A DNA stretch of 54,940 nucleotides from a virus (lineage: Duplodnaviria; Caudoviricetes). The stretch covers positions 1 through 54,940 of IMG/VR virus record IMGVR_UViG_3300037264_005663; one strand, given 5' to 3'. Below the pieces are notes generated by a model that saw nothing but the letters and a program-made list of their open reading frames with translations, was not told where the DNA came from and searched no databases. Made by a program: the position numbers and the translations under genes. Below, piece after piece: positions 8,303-16,833 of this stretch; the stretch's first letter is position 1; every line of letters starts with the position of its first letter.

Positions 8303-8722
8303 GTGAGCCAATCAGGGATTTATCCCGATGAAACACGGTACGCGAAGCGATGGGTTGTATGGCTCGCGGTGTTCGTGATGATCGCCAGCGCGGCGGGGTG
8401 GGCGATCTCGCATGTAGGGCGCGCTGGTGACAAGGTAGTAGGCGAAGCGTTCATCAACTACGAGCAGTTTCAGGAAATCTACAACACATGCCAGAAGATC
8501 AACGCCGACCTCGGAGCGATCCGATCGGCCGATTCCACTGATCCCATGTTCTCGCAGTTCAGTCAGGGCGCGATGGTGCTGGCAAAACAGCAACAGCTCA
8601 CGCGATGGGTCGAGGAGTACAACGCCAAGTCGAAGATGTGGCACCGCGCGATGTGGAAGTCCGACGCTCTCCCGTACCAATTGAGCGTTGAGCAGTTCAG
8701 CAACTACGGAGGTTCACGATGA
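8303..8722 (+). CDS. Single-pass membrane protein
   Basis: GGAGG RBS; N-terminal TM helix; EYNAKS motif. Confidence 0.75.
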   Translation: MSQSGIYPDETRYAKRWVVWLAVFVMIASAAGWAISHVGRAGDKVVGEAFINYEQFQEIYNTCQKINADLGAIRSADSTDPMFSQFSQGAMVLAKQQQLTRWVEEYNAKSKMWHRAMWKSDALPYQLSVEQFSNYGGSR

Positions 8723-9297
8723 AGGCGAGATGGTTCCTTGCGCTGCCAGTGGCGGCGCTGCTCATGGGGGCAGCGGAGACTGGCTGTGATGGGCGGCCGC
8801 GCAACACGACGGCCCTGGACGAGCAGGCACGAACCGAAGTGAACCAGCGCGGCCTACTCCAGTCACAACCGCCGCCGCAGCTCACATGGTCCCTGGAGCG
8901 CGACAACCTCATCAAGAGGTTCAAACTCCAGAACGACCGGGCAATCTCGTTCTATATGTACCTGTTCATCGAAGGTTGCCCGGACCCCATCGGCTACTAC
9001 CAGATCAACAAGGTGTCGTCCGTCAACTCACAGCTCACGAATCCCGAGCAGATCCTTGATCGTGGGTCGCAAGCAGTTATTGCGATTGCTTCCCCCGCTG
9101 AGGACGGGAGTTACGGAACCAACGGAGACGGCGTGTTCGGGTTCACACCGGAAGATGTCTATATCGAACACAACATGCATTACCTCGTCGCCACGATCCC
9201 ACTTCAGTTCGCGCGGCCGGTGATTCGTCTGGCGATCATCAACACCGAAGAGGCGCGCCATCTGGTTGCGGCCAGCAAGAAGGCGATGGCAGAGTAA
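8719..9297 (+). CDS. Putative lipoprotein
   Basis: Signal peptide ending ETGC; QPPP..WSLERDNL; SPAEDGSYGTN. Confidence 0.75.
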   Translation: MKARWFLALPVAALLMGAAETGCDGRPRNTTALDEQARTEVNQRGLLQSQPPPQLTWSLERDNLIKRFKLQNDRAISFYMYLFIEGCPDPIGYYQINKVSSVNSQLTNPEQILDRGSQAVIAIASPAEDGSYGTNGDGVFGFTPEDVYIEHNMHYLVATIPLQFARPVIRLAIINTEEARHLVAASKKAMAE

Positions 9298-9401
9298 CCC
9301 ACAACCCCCGGCGCAGTCGGTCGGCGAGGCTCTAGCGTGAGCGCTGGTTCACGCGGTCTCCCGTCAACCGGCCGACGCGCGCGGGGGGAGAGGAGGAGAA
9401 C

Positions 9402-10004
9402 GTGAGAAAGATTCCGACTCTGTTTGTTCGTGACCCTTCGAACATGAAGCGCGTGACGCGTGACGTGACGCCGGGCTGTGAATGGGTGCTCGCTGGTGAA
9501 GGACGGGCCACGCGCAAGATTGACGGGACCGCGTGCATGGTACGAGATCGCGTGCTCTACAAGCGGTACGACGCGAAGAAGGGCCGAACTCCTCCGCAGG
9601 GATTCGAGCCCGCGCAGCCGGAGCCCGACCCGATTACGGGCCATTGGCCGGGCTGGCTCGCCGTGGGAGACGGCCCTGACGATCAGTACCACCAGGAAGC
9701 CCTGGCGAACGCTACCGATCTGTCGGATGGCACCTATGAGATGGTGGGGCCAAAGGTGCAAGGCAACCCGGAAGGGTACGAGGCGCACGAACTAATCCCA
9801 CACGGCGCGGATGAGATCCGCGATGTTGATCCTCGCTCCTACGATGCGCTGGCAGAATTCTTCTCTACGAACGCTATCGAGGGAATCGTTTGGTGGCACG
9901 AGGACGGGCGCATGGCGAAGGTGAAGCGCAGGGACTTCGGATTCGAGTGGCCGATCGCGCGAGACGACCGCGCTCCACGTCGTGTGTCACGGTGGGCGAA
10001 GTGA
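9402..10004 (+). CDS. ATP-dependent RNA ligase-like nucleotidyltransferase (DUF5565/RLIG1-like)
   Basis: KIPTLF, motif I RKIDGT, GTYE, EGIVW, MAKVKRRDFG. Confidence 0.75.
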   Translation: MRKIPTLFVRDPSNMKRVTRDVTPGCEWVLAGEGRATRKIDGTACMVRDRVLYKRYDAKKGRTPPQGFEPAQPEPDPITGHWPGWLAVGDGPDDQYHQEALANATDLSDGTYEMVGPKVQGNPEGYEAHELIPHGADEIRDVDPRSYDALAEFFSTNAIEGIVWWHEDGRMAKVKRRDFGFEWPIARDDRAPRRVSRWAK

Positions 10005-10267
10005 CCGCCCCCGCGCCCTTGCCCTCGTGGCCGGAGGCGGCGCTGCGGGAGATCAATAAGGCTCGCCGGTTCTGGGATCTGGACGACGCGGATACGATCC
10101 TGCGCGACGTTGACCGCATCCTCGCGAAGCACGGCGTGAGCCTGGGGGCTAAGCCGGTGCTGCCGCCTGTGAGTCACGATGATGCTGCCTATCACAATGG
10201 GGGCCAAACCTATCGCGACATGCTCGTGGCGCAAGGCATCGGGCGGCTTCCCGAGGAGGAGCGATGA
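10001..10267 (+). CDS. Hypothetical protein
   Basis: GTGA overlap. Confidence 0.5.
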   Translation: MTAPAPLPSWPEAALREINKARRFWDLDDADTILRDVDRILAKHGVSLGAKPVLPPVSHDDAAYHNGGQTYRDMLVAQGIGRLPEEER

Positions 10268-11100
10268 GCGAGAAGGCGCAGCATCTTGGCGCGCACATCC
10301 GTCAGTTCGGACACATTACGCCCGCTGGTATCGAGCCGCTTGCGGCAATGGCCGATACTCTCGAATCCTCTCTTGCCGAGGTGACGCGCCAGCGCGACCA
10401 GTGGATGGAGGAGGCCGACAAGGACACGGCGGAACTGGAGCGGCTCGACGCGGCGCTGACCGAGTCCCGCCGCATGTGCGATACGGGAAGCGCCGAAATG
10501 GACAAGGCCGTAGCGCAATTGAACCTACTGCTTCAACAGCGCGACGCCGCCCGCGCGGAACTCGCGGCGGCGCGAGAGCAGACCGCAAGAGACGGAGAAG
10601 CTACCCGCGAACTGCACGCAGAATGTGCCCGCCTCTACGAGCATCTACACGCCCTCACCGACGCCCCCGCGCCTGCGATGTGCTGCGAGCATTGTCATGT
10701 ACCGCCTGCTCCATCGTGTCCCACGTTCGAGGCGGGAATGAACGGGCGCTGTGTGTACTGCGACCATGCGGAGCAATGCCACCCAGGGCCGAATCTCTCC
10801 GGGCCTCTGGGAGATGCAACGGAATTGGTCATGCTCTGCCTCACCTGCGGCGCGCCCGTCGTGTCCGCGCCTCATCCGTGCGGCGGTGTGCCCGGTGGCC
10901 CGGAGTGCCCGCAGACCTGGGTGAAGGCGAGCGAGGAGCGGGTGCGGGCGCTGGAGGCGAAGCGTCAAGGGCTTGCTGATGATGCTCTAGCAATCCTTCC
11001 GCACGTGACGATGTTTGATCGTTATGAACACAGGCTCGAAGCGGATCGTGTGCTGGCCGCTCTAGCCGCCCTAACCGCCCTGGACCGCGCCGATGGGTGA
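10264..11100 (+). CDS. Coiled-coil protein with Cys/His clusters
   Basis: Heptad-rich N-half; CCEHC, CVYCDH, CLTC. Confidence 0.6.
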   Translation: MSEKAQHLGAHIRQFGHITPAGIEPLAAMADTLESSLAEVTRQRDQWMEEADKDTAELERLDAALTESRRMCDTGSAEMDKAVAQLNLLLQQRDAARAELAAAREQTARDGEATRELHAECARLYEHLHALTDAPAPAMCCEHCHVPPAPSCPTFEAGMNGRCVYCDHAEQCHPGPNLSGPLGDATELVMLCLTCGAPVVSAPHPCGGVPGGPECPQTWVKASEERVRALEAKRQGLADDALAILPHVTMFDRYEHRLEADRVLAALAALTALDRADG

Positions 11101-11464
11101 GCGCGTGACCCGCGAGCGGATCGAGGAGTGGAAGGCGCTGGCGGACAAGGCTACGCCGGGGCCGTGGACGTTCGGAGTCTACAAGAGGCATGAGCCCCGC
11201 CAAGGATCGCTGGTAGCGGCCGTGGCACCGGGGCATCAGATTCTCGCAGGCAGCGGCGGGGCCACCTATCCAGCGAATGATGGTGAACTTGTCGCCGCCT
11301 CCCGCACGGCGCTCCCCGCGATGGCGCGCGAGATCGAGCGGCTGAACGAGGCGATGGAGAAGGCGCTTCCATTGCTGGCCGGTGCGGATAGCCGCCCGGT
11401 CGAACGTGCGGCGGCGATTCTCCGCTCCGCCCTCACACCTGCGACGGAGGACCCCGATGCATGA
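11093..11464 (+). CDS. Ead/Ea22-like phage protein
   Basis: LADKATPGPW...NDGELVAASRTALP. Confidence 0.65.
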   Translation: MGERVTRERIEEWKALADKATPGPWTFGVYKRHEPRQGSLVAAVAPGHQILAGSGGATYPANDGELVAASRTALPAMAREIERLNEAMEKALPLLAGADSRPVERAAAILRSALTPATEDPDA

Positions 11465-11699
11465 CGTTTCGTTTGTAGATGGACCGTACGACGGAGTGCG
11501 CGTTGTTGCGCGGTTCGCGGCTATTCCTTCGCACGTTGCGGTGATTACGGACCCGCCAGGTCGCCGCGAGCGGTGGTTCCTGGTTCTTGACGACAGCGAC
11601 AGCACGGCCACCGAAGGCGCGATTTACGATATGGAGGACTTTACACACGAGCGCGCTGTTTTCAAGTTCGCAAGGATGGCCCACGATGCGGCTGACTAA
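11457..11699 (+). CDS. Small GGPxDG-motif protein
   Basis: VSFVDGPYDG; GGAGG RBS. Confidence 0.6.
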   Translation: MHDVSFVDGPYDGVRVVARFAAIPSHVAVITDPPGRRERWFLVLDDSDSTATEGAIYDMEDFTHERAVFKFARMAHDAAD

Positions 11700-11934
11700 G
11701 GCGGAACTGGTGGCGCTCGCGGACATTTTAGCGCCACCGCCATCCACACTGTCCCCGGCCGAAAGCACACTAAGTGTCTTGGGGAATCTTCTCCGATGTG
11801 TGCTTCATGGTGGGCGCGGTATAGGCGAATCCAAAGGACTACTTAGGGAAGCGATGGGCCCTGATTGGAAAACTGACAAACCGGCAGACATCGCGGCTCG
11901 TCTCCGCGCCGCCGCCGAGCGCAGGGAGGAGTGA
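11686..11934 (+). CDS. Hypothetical protein
   Basis: Co-oriented overlapping ORF. Confidence 0.5.
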   Translation: MRLTKAELVALADILAPPPSTLSPAESTLSVLGNLLRCVLHGGRGIGESKGLLREAMGPDWKTDKPADIAARLRAAAERREE

Positions 11935-11936
11935 CG

Positions 11937-12101
11937 ATGTTCACGGAACAGGCGTGGTGGTCAGGCGTCTGCGCGGGCGCTGTTATCGGGTTTCTCGTGC
12001 GCGCTATCATGGCCGCGAGAGACGACGAGAAGTTGGTGGAGATCGTAGAAGAAATGCGCGCGGTTCTACATTCCGCCGAGCGCAGGGAGGACGCGCCGTG
12101 A
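11937..12101 (+). CDS. 54-aa membrane protein
   Basis: Translated from the sequence: MFTEQAWWSGVCAGAVIGFLVRAIMAA...; GGAGG RBS. Confidence 0.55.
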   Translation: MFTEQAWWSGVCAGAVIGFLVRAIMAARDDEKLVEIVEEMRAVLHSAERREDAP

Positions 12102-12358
12102 AGTACCGCAAGAAGCCCGTCGTGATTGAGGCGGTACTGTGGACGGGAGGCCGCGAGTGTTTCGGCGGAACGATTCGACCGTTCTGCGACAAGGCGATAT
12201 GGCACTACAACCATGACACCCTTGCAATTGAAACCACCGAAGGCATCATGACCGTGCAACCTGGAGACTGGATCATTCGAGGCGTGAAGGGTGAATACTA
12301 CCCCTGCAAACCTGACATTTTCGACGCGACGTACGAAAAGGTGGAGGACGCGCCGTGA
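12098..12358 (+). CDS. Conserved phage protein (KYRKKPVVIEA...GEYYPCKPDIF family)
   Basis: Recognisable widespread motif. Confidence 0.8.
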   Translation: MKYRKKPVVIEAVLWTGGRECFGGTIRPFCDKAIWHYNHDTLAIETTEGIMTVQPGDWIIRGVKGEYYPCKPDIFDATYEKVEDAP

Positions 12359-12594
12359 AGCGGGTCAAGGTGAGCTCCCCCATGCCCCTGATCCGCGCGC
12401 TGTGGGAGCGAGTGAGGGCGGGGAGGTGCCGTCACGAGTGGCGGGCATTCTGCGACTACTACCCGACACGCATTGATTGGTGCACGCGATGCAAGGATAA
12501 GCGGTGGTGGGACTACGAGACGCTCCGTTGGATCAAAGGCACGCCGGGATTCCCGATGAACGCCGCCCAGCGCGCGGCACGGGAGACGCGGTAA
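12355..12594 (+). CDS. Small Cys/Trp-rich protein
   Basis: CRHEW...CTRC; GGAGG RBS. Confidence 0.55.
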   Translation: MKRVKVSSPMPLIRALWERVRAGRCRHEWRAFCDYYPTRIDWCTRCKDKRWWDYETLRWIKGTPGFPMNAAQRAARETR

Positions 12595-12794
12595 TGGCCG
12601 CATGCGGTTCATATCCACGCACTGCTACTGTGTTGCGTGCTGCGATGGACGCGGCGGTGCGCAGGGAGATCACGCTGGCGTTGGCCCGTTACGCAGGGAG
12701 TATGAGCGAAGCCGCTCGGTATCTAGGAGTAACGAGGCCGGGATTATATGGAATGATGGCGCGGCTCGGGATGAGCAAAGATACCAACATCTGA
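12594..12794 (+). CDS. Stand-alone Fis/NtrC-type HTH protein
   Basis: EITLALARYAGSMSEAARYLGVTRPGLYGMMARLGM matches the HTH_8 pattern. Confidence 0.8.
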   Translation: MAACGSYPRTATVLRAAMDAAVRREITLALARYAGSMSEAARYLGVTRPGLYGMMARLGMSKDTNI

Positions 12795-12844
12795 CGGGTG
12801 AGAGTTCGGGTCGTTACGATCTTTAACCTCGAATTGGAGGACGG

Positions 12845-13978
12845 ATGAAATCGCTGTTTATGTGTGCTGCGATAGTCATAGCCTCGATGGGCAAAGCATC
12901 CGCATCTGATCCATGCCCGGACACAACCATTGTGGGGCTCGTCCCACTCACGGAGATGGTTGGTACGTACGAGGGACAGTCGGGTGGGCTCTATCCGGGG
13001 GGGAGCAACGAGACACCCACAGCGCACCTAGAGGCGGGGCTCGACATCGTTCGCGGTGTCGTGCCGCGCAATGCGGCCGGCTCCCCGGATCAGCTGGGAA
13101 TCGTTGGCGTCCTGCTCATCGGGTTTAGTATGACGTACCAGATGCACATTGCTCTGGCCGACAGTTTCGAGCTCGAGCCGTGGCGCGCGCCGTGGGTCAC
13201 ATTGGTGAACGCCGCGGCGCCGGGCAAGACTGCCGATCTCATCGCAGAGCCGTCCAATCCATATTGGGCACAAGTTCAAGACAGCGTGGAGACGGCCGGG
13301 CTCGACCCCAGACAAATCCAGGTGGTGCTCCTCCAGCAGACCAACTCTTGGCCAACAGAACCGTTCGAAGAGTTCACGGACTCGTTACGTGTGCGCGTTG
13401 AGAGGATTCTTGCTATCACCCGGACGATCTTCCCCAATGCGGCGGTGGCGCACATCTGGGGCAGGGAGTTCGCCGGCTACGCGACTACGGCGCTCAATCC
13501 GGAGCCGTGGGCCTACCAGACGGATTTTGCCATGAGGACGGTCATCGGGGACCAGATAGACGGCGACCCAGCGATGACCTACGGTCCAGGTGGCGTCGTC
13601 CCATGGACCGACCGCGGACCATATCTGTGGGCCAACGGCAACGATCCGCGAGAGATTGACGGATTGGTATGGTTGTGCCGAGATTTCAGTCCAGACGACG
13701 GCACACACTACACCAACAGTGGCTGGCTAAAGGCCGCGAGCCAAGTCATGGAGTTCATCAGAACAAACCCGGTGGCACAGGCGTGGTTCGGAGGCGCGTC
13801 AACGTCCGTGGATGCCGATCCCGATATCGCGTTCGTGGTCGATGTCAATGGGGCCGATGCGCTCCAGGCCGTGGCGTGGTATGATGTGCGAGGGCGCCGG
13901 ATGGAGCGCGCTCCGCGGACCCCGGGAATCTACGTGGGATTCATCAATTCGAAAGCTGCAAAGGTCATCGTGCGGTGA
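12845..13978 (+). CDS. Secreted SGNH-like hydrolase-fold protein with C-terminal sorting-like tail
   Basis: Signal peptide; LLIGFSMT; DDGTH; C-terminal WYDVRGRR...PGIYV...KVIVR. Confidence 0.6.
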   Translation: MKSLFMCAAIVIASMGKASASDPCPDTTIVGLVPLTEMVGTYEGQSGGLYPGGSNETPTAHLEAGLDIVRGVVPRNAAGSPDQLGIVGVLLIGFSMTYQMHIALADSFELEPWRAPWVTLVNAAAPGKTADLIAEPSNPYWAQVQDSVETAGLDPRQIQVVLLQQTNSWPTEPFEEFTDSLRVRVERILAITRTIFPNAAVAHIWGREFAGYATTALNPEPWAYQTDFAMRTVIGDQIDGDPAMTYGPGGVVPWTDRGPYLWANGNDPREIDGLVWLCRDFSPDDGTHYTNSGWLKAASQVMEFIRTNPVAQAWFGGASTSVDADPDIAFVVDVNGADALQAVAWYDVRGRRMERAPRTPGIYVGFINSKAAKVIVR

Positions 13979-14235
13979 GTGTCTGGCCACACAAACGATT
14001 CTGTACGTCATACGGCCGACCGTCCAGCCCGCGGCCAGGAGACGAACCTTACCATGAGTTCTACGAATGGTGGGAAGAAGGCAGGCGCGCGGCTGAAGAC
14101 GAAGAAATCTTTGCCCCGCCCTACAATTGTGCCCCATCCACCAGAGAAATCGGGGCGTGGATCGAAGGCTACCTCTCGGGCGAGAAAAGAGCCGCGACTG
14201 ACGCCTCCCAGGGCCGGCAAGAGGAAACGTCCTGA
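13975..14235 (+). CDS. Small RMF/CrpP-like protein
   Basis: WEEGRRA...PPY...AWIEGY; GTGA overlap with the upstream stop. Confidence 0.4.
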   Translation: MSVWPHKRFCTSYGRPSSPRPGDEPYHEFYEWWEEGRRAAEDEEIFAPPYNCAPSTREIGAWIEGYLSGEKRAATDASQGRQEETS

Positions 14236-14935
14236 TGGTCACTTCCAGGTATCCGGGAGTGAGGAAGAATTCTGGCAGCGGTGTGAGGATGCAGCTGTCC
14301 AATTCGCTCGATTTACGCCCTTGCGCGATATCGCGGCCTCTCTCGGTGTTTCACACGTCATGGCACACAAGTACATCGGCCGCTACCTGTCCACCGCGGC
14401 CAGGTTTTACCGTGCCCCCGAAATCCGACAGCGGATATCGATGCATTTCCGAGAGATTGGGACGCAGGCCATGACGATGTTCTTGGAATTGGACAGGCCT
14501 TCAGCCAAGGCCATCGACCAGGCGAAACGGATGGAACTCAAGCTCCAGTGCCTTGACCGGATGCAGTCGGCCATGGTGCAGGAGGCGAGACTTTTTGGGT
14601 TCGGGACCAAGATCGATATAACGTTGTCGACTGGCACCGGCGAAGTCGGGCGCGACAGCGAGCAGGTGCTCCCGGTCCCAGACGCGGAAACCAGGAGGGT
14701 CTTGCGTGGTCTGGTGCGAATGCAGAGGTCCATCGTCGAGAGCGGGGAACACGTTCCAATTGGCGAAATGAGGAAGTTGGTGGAGGCGACATTCTCGGAG
14801 AAGGGAGGGGTGCATGATGGCCCCCCAGTCGAGGGACCCGCGGACGAGGTTCCTGGTCCTGATGCGGACGCCGATGCCCATCCTGACCGGGAGCTCGATG
14901 GACTCGATGATGATGTGCACCTCCGCGGGGTGTGA
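14054..14935 (+). CDS. HTH protein, probable terminase small subunit (start uncertain)
   Basis: PLRDIAASLGVSHVMAHKYI HTH; helical body ending EARLFG; upstream of terL. Confidence 0.55.
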   Translation: MSSTNGGKKAGARLKTKKSLPRPTIVPHPPEKSGRGSKATSRARKEPRLTPPRAGKRKRPDGHFQVSGSEEEFWQRCEDAAVQFARFTPLRDIAASLGVSHVMAHKYIGRYLSTAARFYRAPEIRQRISMHFREIGTQAMTMFLELDRPSAKAIDQAKRMELKLQCLDRMQSAMVQEARLFGFGTKIDITLSTGTGEVGRDSEQVLPVPDAETRRVLRGLVRMQRSIVESGEHVPIGEMRKLVEATFSEKGGVHDGPPVEGPADEVPGPDADADAHPDRELDGLDDDVHLRGV

Positions 14936-15032
14936 TTGGTCGGGGACGATCGCGGATTGCGATCGTGACAAGGATGGGTGGCTGGTCTGTCCCGTGACCG
15001 GCGACCCGGTGGATTTCGTTCCGATGGACTGA
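14814..15032 (+). CDS. Small Zn-ribbon-like protein
   Basis: CTSAGCDW...CPV. Confidence 0.45.
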   Translation: MMAPQSRDPRTRFLVLMRTPMPILTGSSMDSMMMCTSAGCDWSGTIADCDRDKDGWLVCPVTGDPVDFVPMD

Positions 15033-15054
15033 AGAGGTCCGAGGGGAGAATCTA

Positions 15055-15402
15055 ATGGGTGAAGATGCTGCCGACAAGGTGACTCCGCTCCGCAACAAGC
15101 GCACCCGCAAGCCGAAGCAGGCAGACCTCCCGGGAGCCGAGGGCAAGGCTGCCGGTCAACCCCGCACCAACCGGGTCCGGGTGCCGGCGTTCGACATCCC
15201 GGAAATCCGGTTTGGTGTCCCCATCACGAAACCGGTCAAGATTCCCGGAACCCCCGTACGCCGCGATACCATCATCGTCACCGTCTATATCCCCAAGACC
15301 GAGGAAATATGGCGCCGGATCAAGGCGCTGCAGGGGCAGACCGCCGCCGGCCGGCTCGAGCCGGTACAGGCGGAGATGCCGCTCGAGGCCGACGAGGCAT
15401 GA
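15055..15402 (+). CDS. Hypothetical protein
   Basis: GGGGAG RBS. Confidence 0.55.
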   Translation: MGEDAADKVTPLRNKRTRKPKQADLPGAEGKAAGQPRTNRVRVPAFDIPEIRFGVPITKPVKIPGTPVRRDTIIVTVYIPKTEEIWRRIKALQGQTAAGRLEPVQAEMPLEADEA

Positions 15403-15584
15403 AATTTCCGGCGTGGTGGTGGTCCGTGGCGTACAAATGTCCCGTGCGCGCTGCGGGGCCGCGCGAGACGACGTCCGGGCCACCACCCATCCCGCACGAT
15501 GGGTTGGTGTTCGATGAGGACCAGGAAGCGGCGCGCGATCTCCTCGAGGTGGAGTGGATGGTGCGCCTGGTGGAGAAACAATGA
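15399..15584 (+). CDS. Hypothetical protein
   Basis: ATGA overlaps on both sides. Confidence 0.45.
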   Translation: MKFPAWWWSVAYKCPVRAAGPRETTSGPPPIPHDGLVFDEDQEAARDLLEVEWMVRLVEKQ

Positions 15585-15937
15585 GCCACAGACATTTCTT
15601 GGGGATCAGCCGATCAACCTACGAGGAGATAGTGCACAAAATGCGCGAGGCTGGGCACGCACAAGCGATCCGCGATGACGGCGTCATCGAGATGGTCGGC
15701 ATTGGGTTGCGGGTCGAGTCAGCGACCGGTGGAGAGGCCCGCGCTGGTGAGTTTCCCTGTTGCGCGGTGTGGGACGGCGACAAATGCAATCGAATGGCTA
15801 TCCATTGGATGCGCTACACGGACAGGAAGACTCGCAAGACTGTACCCGCGGCTCCGGTGTGCGAGAAGTGCGGGATGCGCGAACTGAAGATGCCCGATCT
15901 CGGCCAGTTGCGTGTCCTGGGGCCGATGGCGGAATGA
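15581..15937 (+). CDS. Cys-containing hypothetical protein
   Basis: CCAV..C, CEKC. Confidence 0.55.
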   Translation: MSHRHFLGISRSTYEEIVHKMREAGHAQAIRDDGVIEMVGIGLRVESATGGEARAGEFPCCAVWDGDKCNRMAIHWMRYTDRKTRKTVPAAPVCEKCGMRELKMPDLGQLRVLGPMAE

Positions 15938-16188
15938 CGCAGCTGAAATACGTGGATGATCCACAGTACGGTTTACCAATGTGCCCCGAATCTGTGCCGG
16001 CCATCGTCCCCTCTATTAACGAGGAACGATGCTGTGACACATGCGATCGATACTCGTTCAAGGTGTGTTATTCGGATGACGAAGAGCCCACAGCCGGGAA
16101 GTGCTTCCGCCACTATCCAGGGCACGTCGATTGGACTCGGTCTGATTATGTTTGCCCTTTATGGGAAGCAATTAGGATCACAGAATGA
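15934..16188 (+). CDS. Cys-rich small protein
   Basis: CCDTCDRY...GKCFRH...VCPLWE. Confidence 0.55.
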   Translation: MTQLKYVDDPQYGLPMCPESVPAIVPSINEERCCDTCDRYSFKVCYSDDEEPTAGKCFRHYPGHVDWTRSDYVCPLWEAIRITE

Positions 16189-16412
16189 AGATCCGGTGTA
16201 TCGGTGGTCCACTCGACGGCGTTGAGATCGACATGGGAGATTCGCGAAACGATCGCTTGGAGTTCCGTGACGCGTCGATCGAAGTTAATGGTGTGGAACT
16301 AGGGTATTGCCGGGATGCCATAGTGAGATTGGCGTCTCTGGTTTACGTCTTCCACTTCACTAATAGATATGAGGACGACGGGGAAACTCCGATCTACGAG
16401 TTCGTGCAATAG
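16185..16412 (+). CDS. Small GGPxDG-motif protein
   Basis: IRCIGGPLDG. Confidence 0.65.
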   Translation: MKIRCIGGPLDGVEIDMGDSRNDRLEFRDASIEVNGVELGYCRDAIVRLASLVYVFHFTNRYEDDGETPIYEFVQ

Positions 16413-16641
16413 TAATGGATTGCCCACACGGACAGATGCGCACGCCGGCGACAGGCTCCATGGTTCGTCGGCCGTTCACCGCTCGAGGCGGACGAAGACC
16501 GGGGTCTCGCACCCCCGGGTTTCGCTTTGAGGAGGACCCGTGTGGAGCGCGGGAAGACCGAGTGCGCCAATTGACCCACCGACAGAGAGCGGGCTGTCGT
16601 GTTCGCTCGTTAATCACGCCAAAAGAGTTAGGGGGGGTGTT

Positions 16642-16833
16642 GTGATTCTGCGTCGCGAGAAGCACAAATCAGGTGAGTGTCGTGTACGATCGCGATTCCT
16701 CTTCCTTCCCAAGAGGATCACCACGTCTGTGTCTGACGATATCCGGTGGCTCGAGTTTGCACGGTGGGAGGAGGAATGGCACTGCGGCATCTCGAGTGGG
16801 TATTGGCTTCCTACCAAATTCGTCGATGAATGA
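16642..16833 (+). CDS. Small Trp-rich phage protein
   Basis: RFLFLPKRI...IRWLE. Confidence 0.55.
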   Translation: MILRREKHKSGECRVRSRFLFLPKRITTSVSDDIRWLEFARWEEEWHCGISSGYWLPTKFVDE

